DNA of 63,649 nucleotides, counting the filler, from Sphacelaria rigidula (lineage: Eukaryota): NCBI GenBank assembly GCA_964200075.2. It is 8 parts of 8 records of this genome, joined end to end, with 100 filler letters (N's around TTAATTAATTAA, not from the genome) between each part and the next. Parts side by side here need not be neighbours in the genome. Positions count along the whole stretch, not along the records: positions 23,910 to 31,778 come from CAXNAA020013162.1; positions 31,879 to 39,746 come from CAXNAA020013163.1; 6 more parts are not named here. One strand, written 5' to 3'. The position numbers were made by a program, and so were the translations under genes. Positions 26,262-37,227 of the stretch are shown here, in pieces (the stretch's first letter is position 1; the number at the start of each line of letters is the position of its first letter). The notes under the pieces are model-generated. The model was not told where the DNA came from. It worked only from the letters and a program-made list of their open reading frames with translations, and ran no database searches.

Positions 26262-26606
26262 GTAGTGGTGGTGCTGATTTTGGAGGCGGTGGTGGAGGTG
26301 GGGGGAGGGGTGATTCCTTGCGATGTTGGATCGGTTCTCATGCTGCCACTTTTGTTTCGGTGTGTGTGTGCGTGTGCCAGGTGAGTATGTGCATGCTTTC
26401 CCGAAGAACGTTAGCTGTGGTCACTAACGTCGAATCAAAGGTACACGCATGAGTTTGGTGGCCCTGGTTGAACAAACAAGTACAACAGAGCAGAATTCGT
26501 CGCCACGAGCGGCTTCACGATTGAAAATCTAAAAGGTCCATCATCGTACAATCTGTCGATGTTTTTTATTTTTATTTTTCGCCTTACCCCTCTCCACCCC
26601 GCTCAG

Positions 26607-26819
26607 GTGTCGAAGTGGTTAAGCCTGTTCTTTGCTGTGCGCAAAGACACGGACGCGGCGTGTAAAGCCACCTGCATTGGCGTCTTGTCCGAGCTGAGCA
26701 CGGTTGTGCGACAGGAGGCGAACGAGCATGCACACGCGGAGCTACTACAAAGCCTTCCGTGGCCTGTCCCCTTGGAAGGGGAGGAGGAGAAGCTCGAAGG
26801 GGGGTGGAATACAAGCTGA
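26607..26819 (+). CDS. Terminal exon, same uncharacterised protein
   Basis: Acceptor ccccgctcag|GTG. Encodes VSKWLSLFFAVRK...GGWNTS, then TGA. Confidence 0.78.
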   Translation: MSKWLSLFFAVRKDTDAACKATCIGVLSELSTVVRQEANEHAHAELLQSLPWPVPLEGEEEKLEGGWNTS

Positions 26820-29800
26820 TGGAGAGCTGCTAGGCGTTTTTCTGCCGCGATGTGCGCAGGATTGACTGGAAAATGTCATTGATTCAGTCCGTCAACGATA
26901 GATCAAAGTTGAGAGGGTGCGGTGATGGGCTGGCGTTGGGGCGGGGGGAGGGACCCTGCTGGGAAGGAAGGCTGCGAATGGAGTTTGACCTGCTTAGCCA
27001 TTTCAGGGGATTGGTGTCAGTTGTTGTTGGGTTTTTGTTGGATCTGGTGAAATTATGACCTCCGACAGTATTCCTTGAACGGTGGGCGTGGTCTGGGAGT
27101 GGGAGATCTGCGTCTTGAATGACTTGCGGGCCGGATCTTGATTGTTTGCGTTTTGGTGTATTCGTCCTCCTGCGGTAACTTGCTTTTGGTTGTATTTTTT
27201 GCTCCTCGGCGTGCCAACCTTATTGATGCCACGGGGACTATATCATGGTCATCCTCAATCATGGAGAGTTGTCGGACTATGCCCTAGATTATATCTCGAC
27301 ACGCGGACACTCTTGGAACACGGCTGCTGTGAAGTCATGCGCATTATGGATAATGGATCTAAATCCTCGCTTTTGGCTTACTGACGTCAACCACGTTCTC
27401 CGCAGCTGTACTTGTTCCCGACCGTAATGAGTATGCACGGTCGGCGCTCTGCAGTGCTCCTGTTTTTTTTTTTTCTGCTTCTTTCGGGCAAGCAGCGTTG
27501 ATACGCTGTACAGTAACATATCGTTCACACAAGAAGGCATCAGTCAAGGTTCAAAATGTTTGCTTTCATGAGGGGGAAGGGTGGGGGTGGAGGCTTGTCG
27601 GGTAATCATCACTTGCATGTGCCCTTGTTGAAATATATGTATCAGCTGGTGTGGGTGGGCAATGGGCAGTGGCCTAACATGAAATTGAAAAAAGTCTCGT
27701 TGAGGGACACTTGTGTGTACTCGAAAAGTCAACCAAACTTCGAGGTCTGGATAATGACTGATGACAACAAAGAGTGAGAGGCGGAGGAGACGGAGGGGGG
27801 ACGGAGGGGGGTCGGCCTTTGCGTTTGTTGACTAACAATAGCAACGGGGGGTGGCACTGTTACCGCCTTACTGGCACGCCGATGCTTTGTTAATTTCTTC
27901 TCTAAGCATCGCGGGTGGACGTTGGGGTGGGGTGGAGTGGGGTGGGGTGGGGTGATGGATGTCCGGAGAACTGCTCGAGCTGTTTGGTATGAGCCTGCGT
28001 TTAGTTTCATGGTGGTTTGTTTGTGTATTTTCGCGGAATATGTAGACGAGGGTACCGGTGGTTTTGACTATGGTGTGCATGTGTGTGTGTTTCATGCAAT
28101 AAACGTGACCATGTGAGATGTCGAACGGGTGATGCGCAACGCGGTTGCGATAGAAATGTCGAGTGGTATCTGTTGTCTCCGACTCCTTTTTAGATGTACG
28201 GGAGCAACACGAAAGATATCCTGTCGAATGTTTTCGGCTTCCGTGGGTCAATCCTGCGGTCACCCCCTGAAAACTTCGGGCTACCGTGGAGGCCGTCCAA
28301 CAACCATCATTTCGTCATATTTCTATCGGACGCAGAGAGAGGGGGGGAATTCCCCAGCTCTTCTTTGAACCGTGGAACAAGGGGATATCGTCCCGACAAC
28401 TCTCCTGTTCGGCAAATTTCTTGTACGAGGAAAGCGATATGATTGGTTGGAATGAAATCTTGTTGGCAATCCGTTGGTAATGGCTCCGGGATGGGGACTG
28501 TAATCCAAAGCATGCATCTAGACGGGGTTCGCGCCGAGCACGCAAACAACACACAATTGGGTACATTCTTCAGCAACTTTGACTTGATGCTCGGAGGTTT
28601 GCCCTCAGAGGATTGCCGACGCACACCCGATTACGTCTTGACCTCTGAACAAAAAGAGTAAAACTGCGGGCATCTTCCGAGTCGTGCCCACGCCCCCTGT
28701 AGCATGGCGACACAATCATTCCATAAACGCAGAGAACAAAATGCAGCCAATTATCTACCCTGCCGTCACTATGTACGCCAACAATACCGACAACCGACAT
28801 GGCAGATAATGATGAAAAACTCATGAAACAACTTTTTCTTTCCTCGTTGCATGTCAAAAATTAGCTGATGAGAGTTACAACCGCCATCCACACTAAACGA
28901 TACCTCTCTCTCCCCGGCTACCCCTCCAAGACACTATGTATGATACATTTTTTTGACGGAAAAAGTCAAGAAAAGGCGACGAACCCCAGACGACGAAACG
29001 GGTCCCAAATTTGCACCTTCCCCCCCCCCCCCTCCGACCCCCTCCCATTTATCACGTTTTGTAACCAGCAAAATTGCCCCCATCCCCAGCCGATAATAAT
29101 TAAAGTTCAGATGTTGCCTCCCCCGCCCCATCCCATTTTGTTCCTGTTGCCGGGTTTTACACTATTCTATGCGTCGCATAAGTGAGTGCGGTACTCCTTG
29201 CTTTCAGTGTCCATTTTCGGACATCGAAGGGCGGGATAGGTGCTTTTTTTCTTATCATGTGAACTCCTGCCCTTCCTCGTCGTAGTCGTCTCGAGGATTC
29301 AACCCTTGTCCTCCCTCCCTGACCCCTGCCTGGCATTTTGGTGTAGCGGATTGGATCATGACCAACACTCCCGCACTCCGTCGACTGTCATCCATTCGTA
29401 CTCGGCATTCGCAGAGACACACTTTACAGGAAACTGCTACAGCACACAGGTGAAAAAACTCAATTGCGCGCCCCCATCTCCAAACCTACAACACTTCTCG
29501 AGAATGCGTGGTAAAAAGTAGGCTTCACAGTAACCACATGCATGGCGCGAGTACATGTACCCCCGCTGCCAAGCAAGAGCACCCTCATGCTGCTAGCGCG
29601 TACAAAGCAGCTTTCAGCCTCATGCCTCGAGCGTGCGAATATAAGGAACATTCACAATCAACTAAATGTCCAGCCCTAAAAAATTATTATTATTTTATTT
29701 ATTTTGAAATATTCTCTTGCCGGAGGGGGGGGGGGGGGGGGAAGGGAAATAACGCAACACCCCACCGTTTACTCGGTTATCGCACCCGAAAACTCAAACA

Positions 29801-29866
29801 AGACACACACGTTGTCGGAAAGAAAGATGACTCTCCCATGAATATTCGTCACGTATCGTGGTGAAA

Positions 29867-30063
29867 TCACTTGTACTCGGCGGTGACTTTATCGACAAAG
29901 TCGGAGTTTCCGAGGATGATCGGGCAACGTTCGTGGATGTCCTTGGGAACGATCTCCAGAACCCGCCCGATAGAGCCGTTGAACATGCCCGTCGAGGCCG
30001 ACCCTCCCGCCTGCTCGATGATCAACGCCATGGGGAAGCCCTCGTACAACACACGGAGCTTGC
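29867..30063 (-). CDS. FBP: Fructose-1,6-bisphosphatase class I, terminal exon
   Basis: [21 protein letters not shown]...[10 protein letters not shown] matches the FBPase signature GKLRLLYE..PMA...EQAGG...IHQR.P..LGS. Acceptor cctgcag|GC; TGA at 29869-29867. Confidence 0.93.
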
Positions 30064-31616
30064 CTGCAGGATATATGTGACCCCCCCAAGAAAACACACA
30101 AACAATAATTACTTAGTGTGGTGGCGACACCGGATGAAAATGTGTACAATACCGCTTTTTTTCCGTAGTAGAGAATGAAGTCGACGACTACTATTTTTTT
30201 CATTTAGCATCCTCGGCAGCCATGTTTGTTTTTCTCATAGAGCCAGTTAATTACAGCCGTCATCATAAAGGCAAAACATGTGTAAATTAAGTTTGTAGAC
30301 CCAGCCTCTGGCAGTGAAAATTAGACTTCTCTAATACGTGCTGAGCACGCATAGTCGGAGCGCAGCCCCACCACAGCTGTTCAAACGCTGCCCACGATCA
30401 CGAGGGCCTTGGGGATGATGCCCCGCGGTCGCCGTAAGAATGCTGTGCAACAAGACGGGCTCCCAAAATCGTTGTGTGAGTGTCTTGTGGAGCTTTTGCA
30501 GTACAATATCTCGGAGGTGCCCAAATGTACCTACTTGCACGAGGACATGAAATGATGCTGAACCACACAACAAGCACGGGCTGGCGATTTTATCGCGAGG
30601 TGCTCAACTTAAAATTTGGAGTGCGAACCCCTGTAGATTGTGGGCTACTCACGCAAAAACGAAGGCACCCAACACAACGACATAAGAACCGCAGGCACCC
30701 ATGCAACAGGGTACCTAACCTTGTTAGGCGTGATTTTTTTGTTTTGTCTGGAGGGGGGGGGGGGGGGAGGGGGAAGGGGCTCGGTAATGCACGCACGTAC
30801 TGAGGGGTTGTGTGACAGAATGGCCCACGTACCAGCCAAGAAAAGTCATCCAAAACGAGAACAAAAGTCGAAAAAAGTTTTAGGGTTATCAACAGAGGGT
30901 AAATTTGCGTCAAATGCACAGGACAGGTCCATGATATTCGATTCCTGGCCGTTGTAACGACCGACAGATATCCGCTGGAAAAAAAAAAGGTCGTGCAAAG
31001 CTTTTTTTTTGTGTGAAAAAAAAAACACTTTTATGTGCAAGCCCCGTCCGTGCATACAGAACAAGCTGCCGTGATCACACCTCACAGTTCAATCCTCACA
31101 TCGCCCATTTCTTTTCTCGAGAAGGAGGAGGTAGATTGAAGTCTACGACGTGCTCTACTTCGCTTGACAACTGGACACCCTGGAAAAGTGGCCATTCCTC
31201 TGTTCTACTTACAAGAGCTCAAAACACACAGACATGCACCAACGGTACACAGTACAGTACCATGCCGTACAAGTACTGTACAGCACAATATTTTGTTGCT
31301 CGATTGTGCAGAGGGCAACATCACTCCGTAGACTTGAGAAAAAAGAGTCACAACAAAAAACATCTTAACACGGTTAATCCCTCCCTCTGTCTGGCTGGCT
31401 CTCTCTGCTCGTCTCCTTCTCTGATTGTCTACCTGTCTGCCTGTCCGTCCTTCTCTTGATACACGTGCGGTTATTTGATCAATGACTATCACAACGTGTT
31501 CAGCTCAGTTTTTGTTGCGGTGGAGGTCGAGGGTATGTCATACACATACACCATATCCAGACGTCCATTGCTTCTTTTTTTCAAGGCAATGGCACGCATA
31601 AAGGGGGGGGAGGGGG

Positions 31617-31678
31617 CGTACTCATTCGTTGCCTGCCTTAGTCGTTTGACCATTGACCACGCATCCTTTTCGACGGAG
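31617..31678 (-). mobile_element. ~60-bp 3' tip of LINE family A embedded in a G-run
   Basis: Reverse complement of ctccgtcgaaaaggatgcgtggtcaatggtcaaacgactaaggcaggcaacgaatgagtacg. G-runs on both sides. Confidence 0.8.
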
Positions 31679-31878
31679 GGAGGGTGGGGGGGGGGGGGGG
31701 GGGGGCGGTCCTGTTGCGCCCCCCGGCCCTTTCCCCCTCCCCCCCCCCCCCGCCCGCGCCCCCGACCCCACCTCCAAGNNNNNNNNNNNNNNNNNNNNNN
31801 NNNNNNNNNNNNNNNNNNNNNNTTAATTAATTAANNNNNNNNNNNNNNNNNNNNNNNNNNNNNNNNNNNNNNNNNNNN

Positions 31879-33020
31879 GTTAGCTTCTCTATTCCATGTC
31901 TATGTCCGGGCTGTGTTATGGTAGGTTAAATAAAAAGGAGGGTTAGCTTCTCTATTTCATGTGTATGTCCGGGCTGTGTTATGGTAGGGTAAACAAAAAG
32001 TAGGGTTAGCTTCTCTATTTCATGTCCATGTACTGGCTGTGTTATGGTAGGTAAAATAAGAAGGAGATTTAGCTTCTCTATTTCATGTGTATGTCCGGGC
32101 TGTGTTATGGTGGGTTAAATAAAAAGGAGGGTTAGCTTCTCTATTTCATGTGTTTGTCCGGGCTGTGTTATGGTAGGGTAAATAGAAAGTTGGGTTAGCT
32201 TCTCTATTTCATTACTATGTCCGGGCTGTGTTATGGTAGAGTAAAAAGAAAGGAGGGTTAGCTTCTCTATTCCATGTCTATGTCTGGGCTGTGTTATGGT
32301 AGGGTACATAAAAGGAGGGTTAGCTTCTCTACTTCATGTGTATGTCCGGGCTGTGTTGAAGTAGGGTAAATAGAAAGGAGGGTTAGCTTCTCTATTCCAT
32401 GTCTATGTCCGGGCTGTGGTATGGTAGGGTACATAAAAGGAGGGTTAGCTTCTCTATTTCATGTCTATGTCCGGGCTGTGTTAAAGTAGGGTAAATAAAA
32501 GGAGGGTTAGCTTCTCTATTTCATGACTATGTCCGGGCTGTGTTATGGTAGGGTAAATAAAAAGGAGGGTTAGCTTCTCTATTCCATGTCCATGTCCGGG
32601 CTGTGTTATAGTAGGGTACATAAAAGGAGGGTTAGCTTCTCTATTTCATGTGTATGTCCGGGCTGTGTTATGGTAGGTAAAATAGAAAGGAGGGTTAGCT
32701 TCTCTATTTCATGACTATGTCCGGGCTGTGTTATGGTAGGGTAAATAAAAAGGAGGGTTTGCTTCTCTATTTCATGTGTATGTCCGGGCTGTTATGGTAG
32801 GGTAAATAGAAAGTAAGGTTAGCTTCTCCATTCCATGTCTACGTTCGGGCTGTGTTATGGTAGGTAAAATAAAAAGTAGGGTTAGCTTCTCTTTTTCATG
32901 TGTATGTCCGGGCTGTGTTATGGTAGGGTAAGTAAAAAATATGGTTAGCTTCTCTTTTTCATGTGTATGTCCGGGCAGTGTTAGAGTAGATGAAATGAAA
33001 AGAAGGTTAACTTTCTATTT
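31879..33020. repeat. 63-bp tandem satellite, ~18 copies, running into the contig start
   Basis: gttagcttctctatt(t/c)catgt.tatgtccgggctgtgttatggtagggtaaataaaaaggagg starts at 31879, 31942, 32005, 32068 and onward. Confidence 0.95.
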
Positions 33021-33632
33021 CGTGACAGTCTGCACATTTGTCTAGGTTTTGGGGGCTTGTTTTACAGCGCCGTTGCCACTCGACGCCAACCCAAAAGTCT
33101 AGAGGTGAGAGAGTGGAATGATGGGGGGGGGGGAGGGGGGTGAGGGTACCGTCGGTCGGGCGCGCTGTATTGGGCGGTGGTGATCCGTGTGTCTTTAGCA
33201 CTCGCCCTCATCAACACGAAAGTTAACACGTGATATATAGTATATTCGGCGTCTCGACCTCAAGATGGGGGTGTTTCCTTCCCCCGTGGGTCAGCGTCGT
33301 TGACTTCGGACGGTATCTTGTGCGAGATTTACCATGCAACGAGATCCTCGCGCGATGGTAGGTCGCATATCTTGGTCGGGATCGTTCCCATTCGGAGCCT
33401 CCTACATGTATGACGTGCGCAGCATATGTGTGACGATGCGAGGTCTTGCAAAATCCATTTGAGGCTTCTCTGTCCTATTGTGGTGGTAATTGTTGCGTGT
33501 TGAAAAAATAATCGCGTGGTGATTAGGCTCTCCTCGGAGAGCATCAATGGCTCCTCAGATTGCATTCTTTCCCCTCATATTGTTGCCACTCTGCACAACT
33601 TTCGTTGTGAAAACTTCGATGTCGCACGGCCT

Positions 33633-35792
33633 CTAGCCTTTACTCATTTCAGTCCACACCTGTCGTTTCCTCGGGTTCGATCTCGCTACCGGGTCGTAGT
33701 CGGCCTCGGCGTCTTCGGCTCCCCCCTCCCGGCGGTTGTTCGGACGTGGTACAGCCGTCGTCGCCATCCCTTTCTCGTTTACATCGGTGTACATATTCCA
33801 CCGGACCTCTCCGGGCGCCGGTCTTCCTGTCGAGTTTGCGTCCGAAGCGACTGAAGCCTCTCTCGACGTCCCGCCCTTGTGTCGTGGGCACTCGAAGAAC
33901 AAATTTTGCATCCGAGTGCATTCGACGCAGCTACGGCCTACGTACGTCGACTTGTGTGCTTCCACTCGCATTCCGTCACGCGAGGTGTACAGATACTCCT
34001 TACTGCACATGTGCTTCTCGCTGAAGTTGGCCATGCCGTGGATGGAGTTACGCGAGGTGTATGGGAGGTAATCCACACACCCGCCGTCCTTGCAGAGGTT
34101 GCATTCGCACGGGCAAGCGGAATCGGGGGTGAGTCCTTCATGAAGCGTGGGCCACAGGTCGTACAGGGCGATGGTAACGAGCTTCGCCTTGTAGCAGGTG
34201 GCGCACAGGCACGATCGATTCGACTGCTCGATAACGTAGAAGGGGATCAAGTCGTCGAAGGCTCTTCGGCTAATGTTCTCCACCTCCACTGCACTCGTTT
34301 GAAACTGAGCGAGGATGCACACATGCAGAAGAAAAAACATCCGTGTTTGGTGACAAAGCAGAAGTAGAATAATCTTCCCTCCTTCAAACTTCACGCTCCC
34401 ACCCTGTTGTCCTGAAAGGGGATGAGCAAGCGTGTATTCCTACGTCGATACTCTTACACCAATGCTGCACATGACATTAGTCGCACATCTGGGCTCGCCG
34501 GGGACCTCCTACGTGTATGACGGGCAGGAGATCGGCGATTAGGACTAGATGCACATATGAAAACATTCACTAGAGCGAGATGTCATCGCCCGGCCATTGC
34601 GGGAGGTGTTAGCGTCCCGCAGTCGTGGGTGAGGTAGAGGATATGTCTTCCCGAGTTTAGTATGAACAACGATGCGATCGGCTTTATTGTCGAGCACTCG
34701 CCATGGTGAAGCATAAACGTATACGCGACGCCTGTGTGGCACATGTTGTCTCACCGCCTCTTCCATCTCCGTCATGATGTCGTCGTAAGGCTTCAGCTTC
34801 GTGCCCATCAAGTATTGAACAGGCATACGAGAGCATAGCTCGGGTTTAACGCACACCAGCGAGTGGTCTGCGTCTGAGCGTTTGCGGTTGCCGGGTGAAG
34901 AGTCGTGCTTCCATTTCACCTCACATGGAGACGGTTGGGTGTGAAATGTGTTCCGTTCTTGAATCCAGGCCAGTGCGTTGGGACACATGACCTCCAGACG
35001 ATCTGATCGCGGCTTCCTGTCGGACACGCTGGGCGACGGCAGCATGGCATAGGTGGATGCCGAATACGCGAGGGGGGTGGATACGCATTATACTCTATTT
35101 CCATGCACACGGGATGCTCGGCAGCCGACGCATCATCGCGACTGAGCGTTGATGAAAGTATTCCGTCTTCAGAGTAGTGGATATTGTGATGGATGCGTCT
35201 GCCCGTGGCACTAACGGGAGGAAATACTCTTCGTATACGCATCATCGACATCCACCTCAGTCGTAGTTACTCACATGCATTGCGGCTCTCCGTTTTCCAT
35301 GGCATCCTCTCGCCTCCTCTTCGCGCCATAAAACGCTTCTCGGCTGAGGATCCCTCCAATAAACTCTCTGGCATCTACATATGTAGTGGATTCCCCGCAC
35401 ATAGTGCCTAAAACGGACCTGCGGATTTGCCATCCTCCCTCAGAGGCGACGACATCTGGCTCGGACAGTTGCGCCCAAAGTTCACGAATACTGTCGCATA
35501 TCGCGCTGTCACCGTTCCTCCTCTTTCTGTCAATCGCCAGGTTGGGATCGATCAGGTTCACAAGCCGCGGATGTTTCTGGAGAAGAGACCTCGTGAGCTC
35601 CCTTATTTCGTCGCATGTTGCCTCTGTGTTCAGCCACTCCTGCTCTTCCTCTGACTCCACAGCGTTGATAAATACGTCTGCGGCTTTGTACAGTGAGGTT
35701 TTGAGGTTCCATGCTGACGTCCTCCCCATTACTTGAGGTCGGGCTCGCTCCACAGTCCTGGGTGATATCAAGTACGTGTTGAGGTGTGACAT
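33633..35792 (-). pseudogene. Spliced, frameshifted Cys-rich DNA-transposase-like gene, N-terminal part (Sola2-like is tentative)
   Basis: Phase-compatible GT-AG introns at 35274-35211 and 34754-34305. Motifs RKPRSD, HTQPSP, ISRRAFDDLIPFYV...RSCLCATC and a CxCxCxxC cluster. Frameshift near 35050; no catalytic core seen. Confidence 0.5.
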
Positions 35793-35889
35793 CCCTTAGT
35801 TTTACCATAGTTCGGCCATGCGAACATATGTTTCAGCAAGCCATACGTTGTCGGCGCCTAATCTCTTATTCGAATCCGGGAGCCTCATT

Positions 35890-36730
35890 TACGAAGGAGA
35901 CTCGCTTCGAGATTGTTATATTTTGATATCCTTTGCGTGCCTTGCAGAACGCGATGAAAAGATGTGGGCGTAGGCCTATCTCTTCATAAGGCGAGATGAT
36001 TCATCGATGAAAAATGTAACGTTGGCATGTACCGTAGCAACACAACGCGTATCCTACTCGTGGGCGGCCGCTGACTTCATCACAGATTGTCAAGATTGGG
36101 TCTCCTTCGTATATAAGGCTCTCACGAGGCCCATCTAAGAATATAGGTATTATGCTTGCTACTTCGCCGGCGATTGGCGACGGCGAGGGTCATATGCGAA
36201 GGACACTCCCTTCAAGTTCTTGATGTTTATTATCCGTTGCGTGCCTTATTTAAGCGATGAAAATATGTGGGCTTATACCTCCATAGGGCGAGGTGATTCA
36301 TGATTCATCGATAGATTAGGTCATGTTGGCATGTACCGTAGCAACAACGCATATCCTACCCGAGGTTGGTCTCTGACTTGATCAGAGATTGTCGACTTTG
36401 GGTTTCCTTCGTGTATGAGGCTCTCGCAAGCCCCGTCTTGCAACACTAATATTATGCTTGCTTCGTCTGCGACTGATGATGGTGAGCCTCATATCCGAAG
36501 GAGACTCCCTTCAACGTAAGAGTACTTTTATACATGTTATGTGCCTTGTCGGGCGCGATGAAACGATGTGGGCCTATTCCTCCATAGGACAAGATGGTTC
36601 GTTGATGGATGAGGTTATTGTGTTGTTGGCATGTATCGTGGCACCACACTGCATATCCTATTCGGGGGCGGCCTCTGACTTGATCAAAGATTGCCGAGTT
36701 TGAGTTTCCTTCGCGTATGAGGCTCTGATG
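35890..36730. repeat. Three diverged tandem ~300-bp units
   Basis: gaagga.actc.cttc, gcgatgaaa..atgtgggc, gttggcatgta.cgt.gca and tatccta recur at ~35892, ~36199 and ~36497. Confidence 0.8.
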
Positions 36731-36739
36731 GGGTCCAGG

Positions 36740-37227
36740 GGATCCTAAGTTTCGGGGTTGAAGTAAAAAATGAGGTTCAAGCCGCAAATCGTTGACGTTG
36801 GGCAAACACCAAACAGTAACACAGAAGGAAACTCTTTCCGCCAAAAACTCCGCACGAGGAGTTGGGCAGTTGGGGCCAGGTGCACCGAACGAATGCGGTG
36901 TACACACGTGTCTACGACGATATCACCAGAGAGAGAAGCAGCGACAGAGAGGAACCTCCTCGCCCGTGTCCTTTGTGTGTCCTCGCTTGGCGATTACCAA
37001 TCGCTCGAGAGACTGGCACCATCGATGTTGTCAACTCTGGGTTTCCTTCGTCATCGACACGCGTGTACACCCCATTCGTTGGGTGCACCTCGCCCGAACT
37101 GCGCAACTCCTCCTGCAGAGGTTTGGGCGGAAATACTTTCCTTCTGTGTCACTGTTTGGTATATTCCCAACGTAAACGATTTGCCGGTTGAACCTCATTT
37201 TTTTCTTAGCCCGAACATTTAGGATCC
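36740..37227. mobile_element. Foldback/MITE with ~170-bp imperfect inverted arms
   Basis: 36740-36911 (ggatcctaag...gtgtacacacgtgtc) is the reverse complement of 37056-37227 (gacacgcgtgtacac...ttaggatcc). Confidence 0.8.

Noticed and set aside
25095-26384. Single-exon 429-aa protein as given in the ORF track
   Set aside because: The N-terminal poly-Q and C-terminal VVVVLIL... tail are better explained as intron read-through; splice sites at 25167 and 26261 fit the neighbouring exons.
31879-33020. CRISPR array
   Set aside because: The whole 63-bp unit is repeated with no unique spacers; no cas genes; eukaryotic context.
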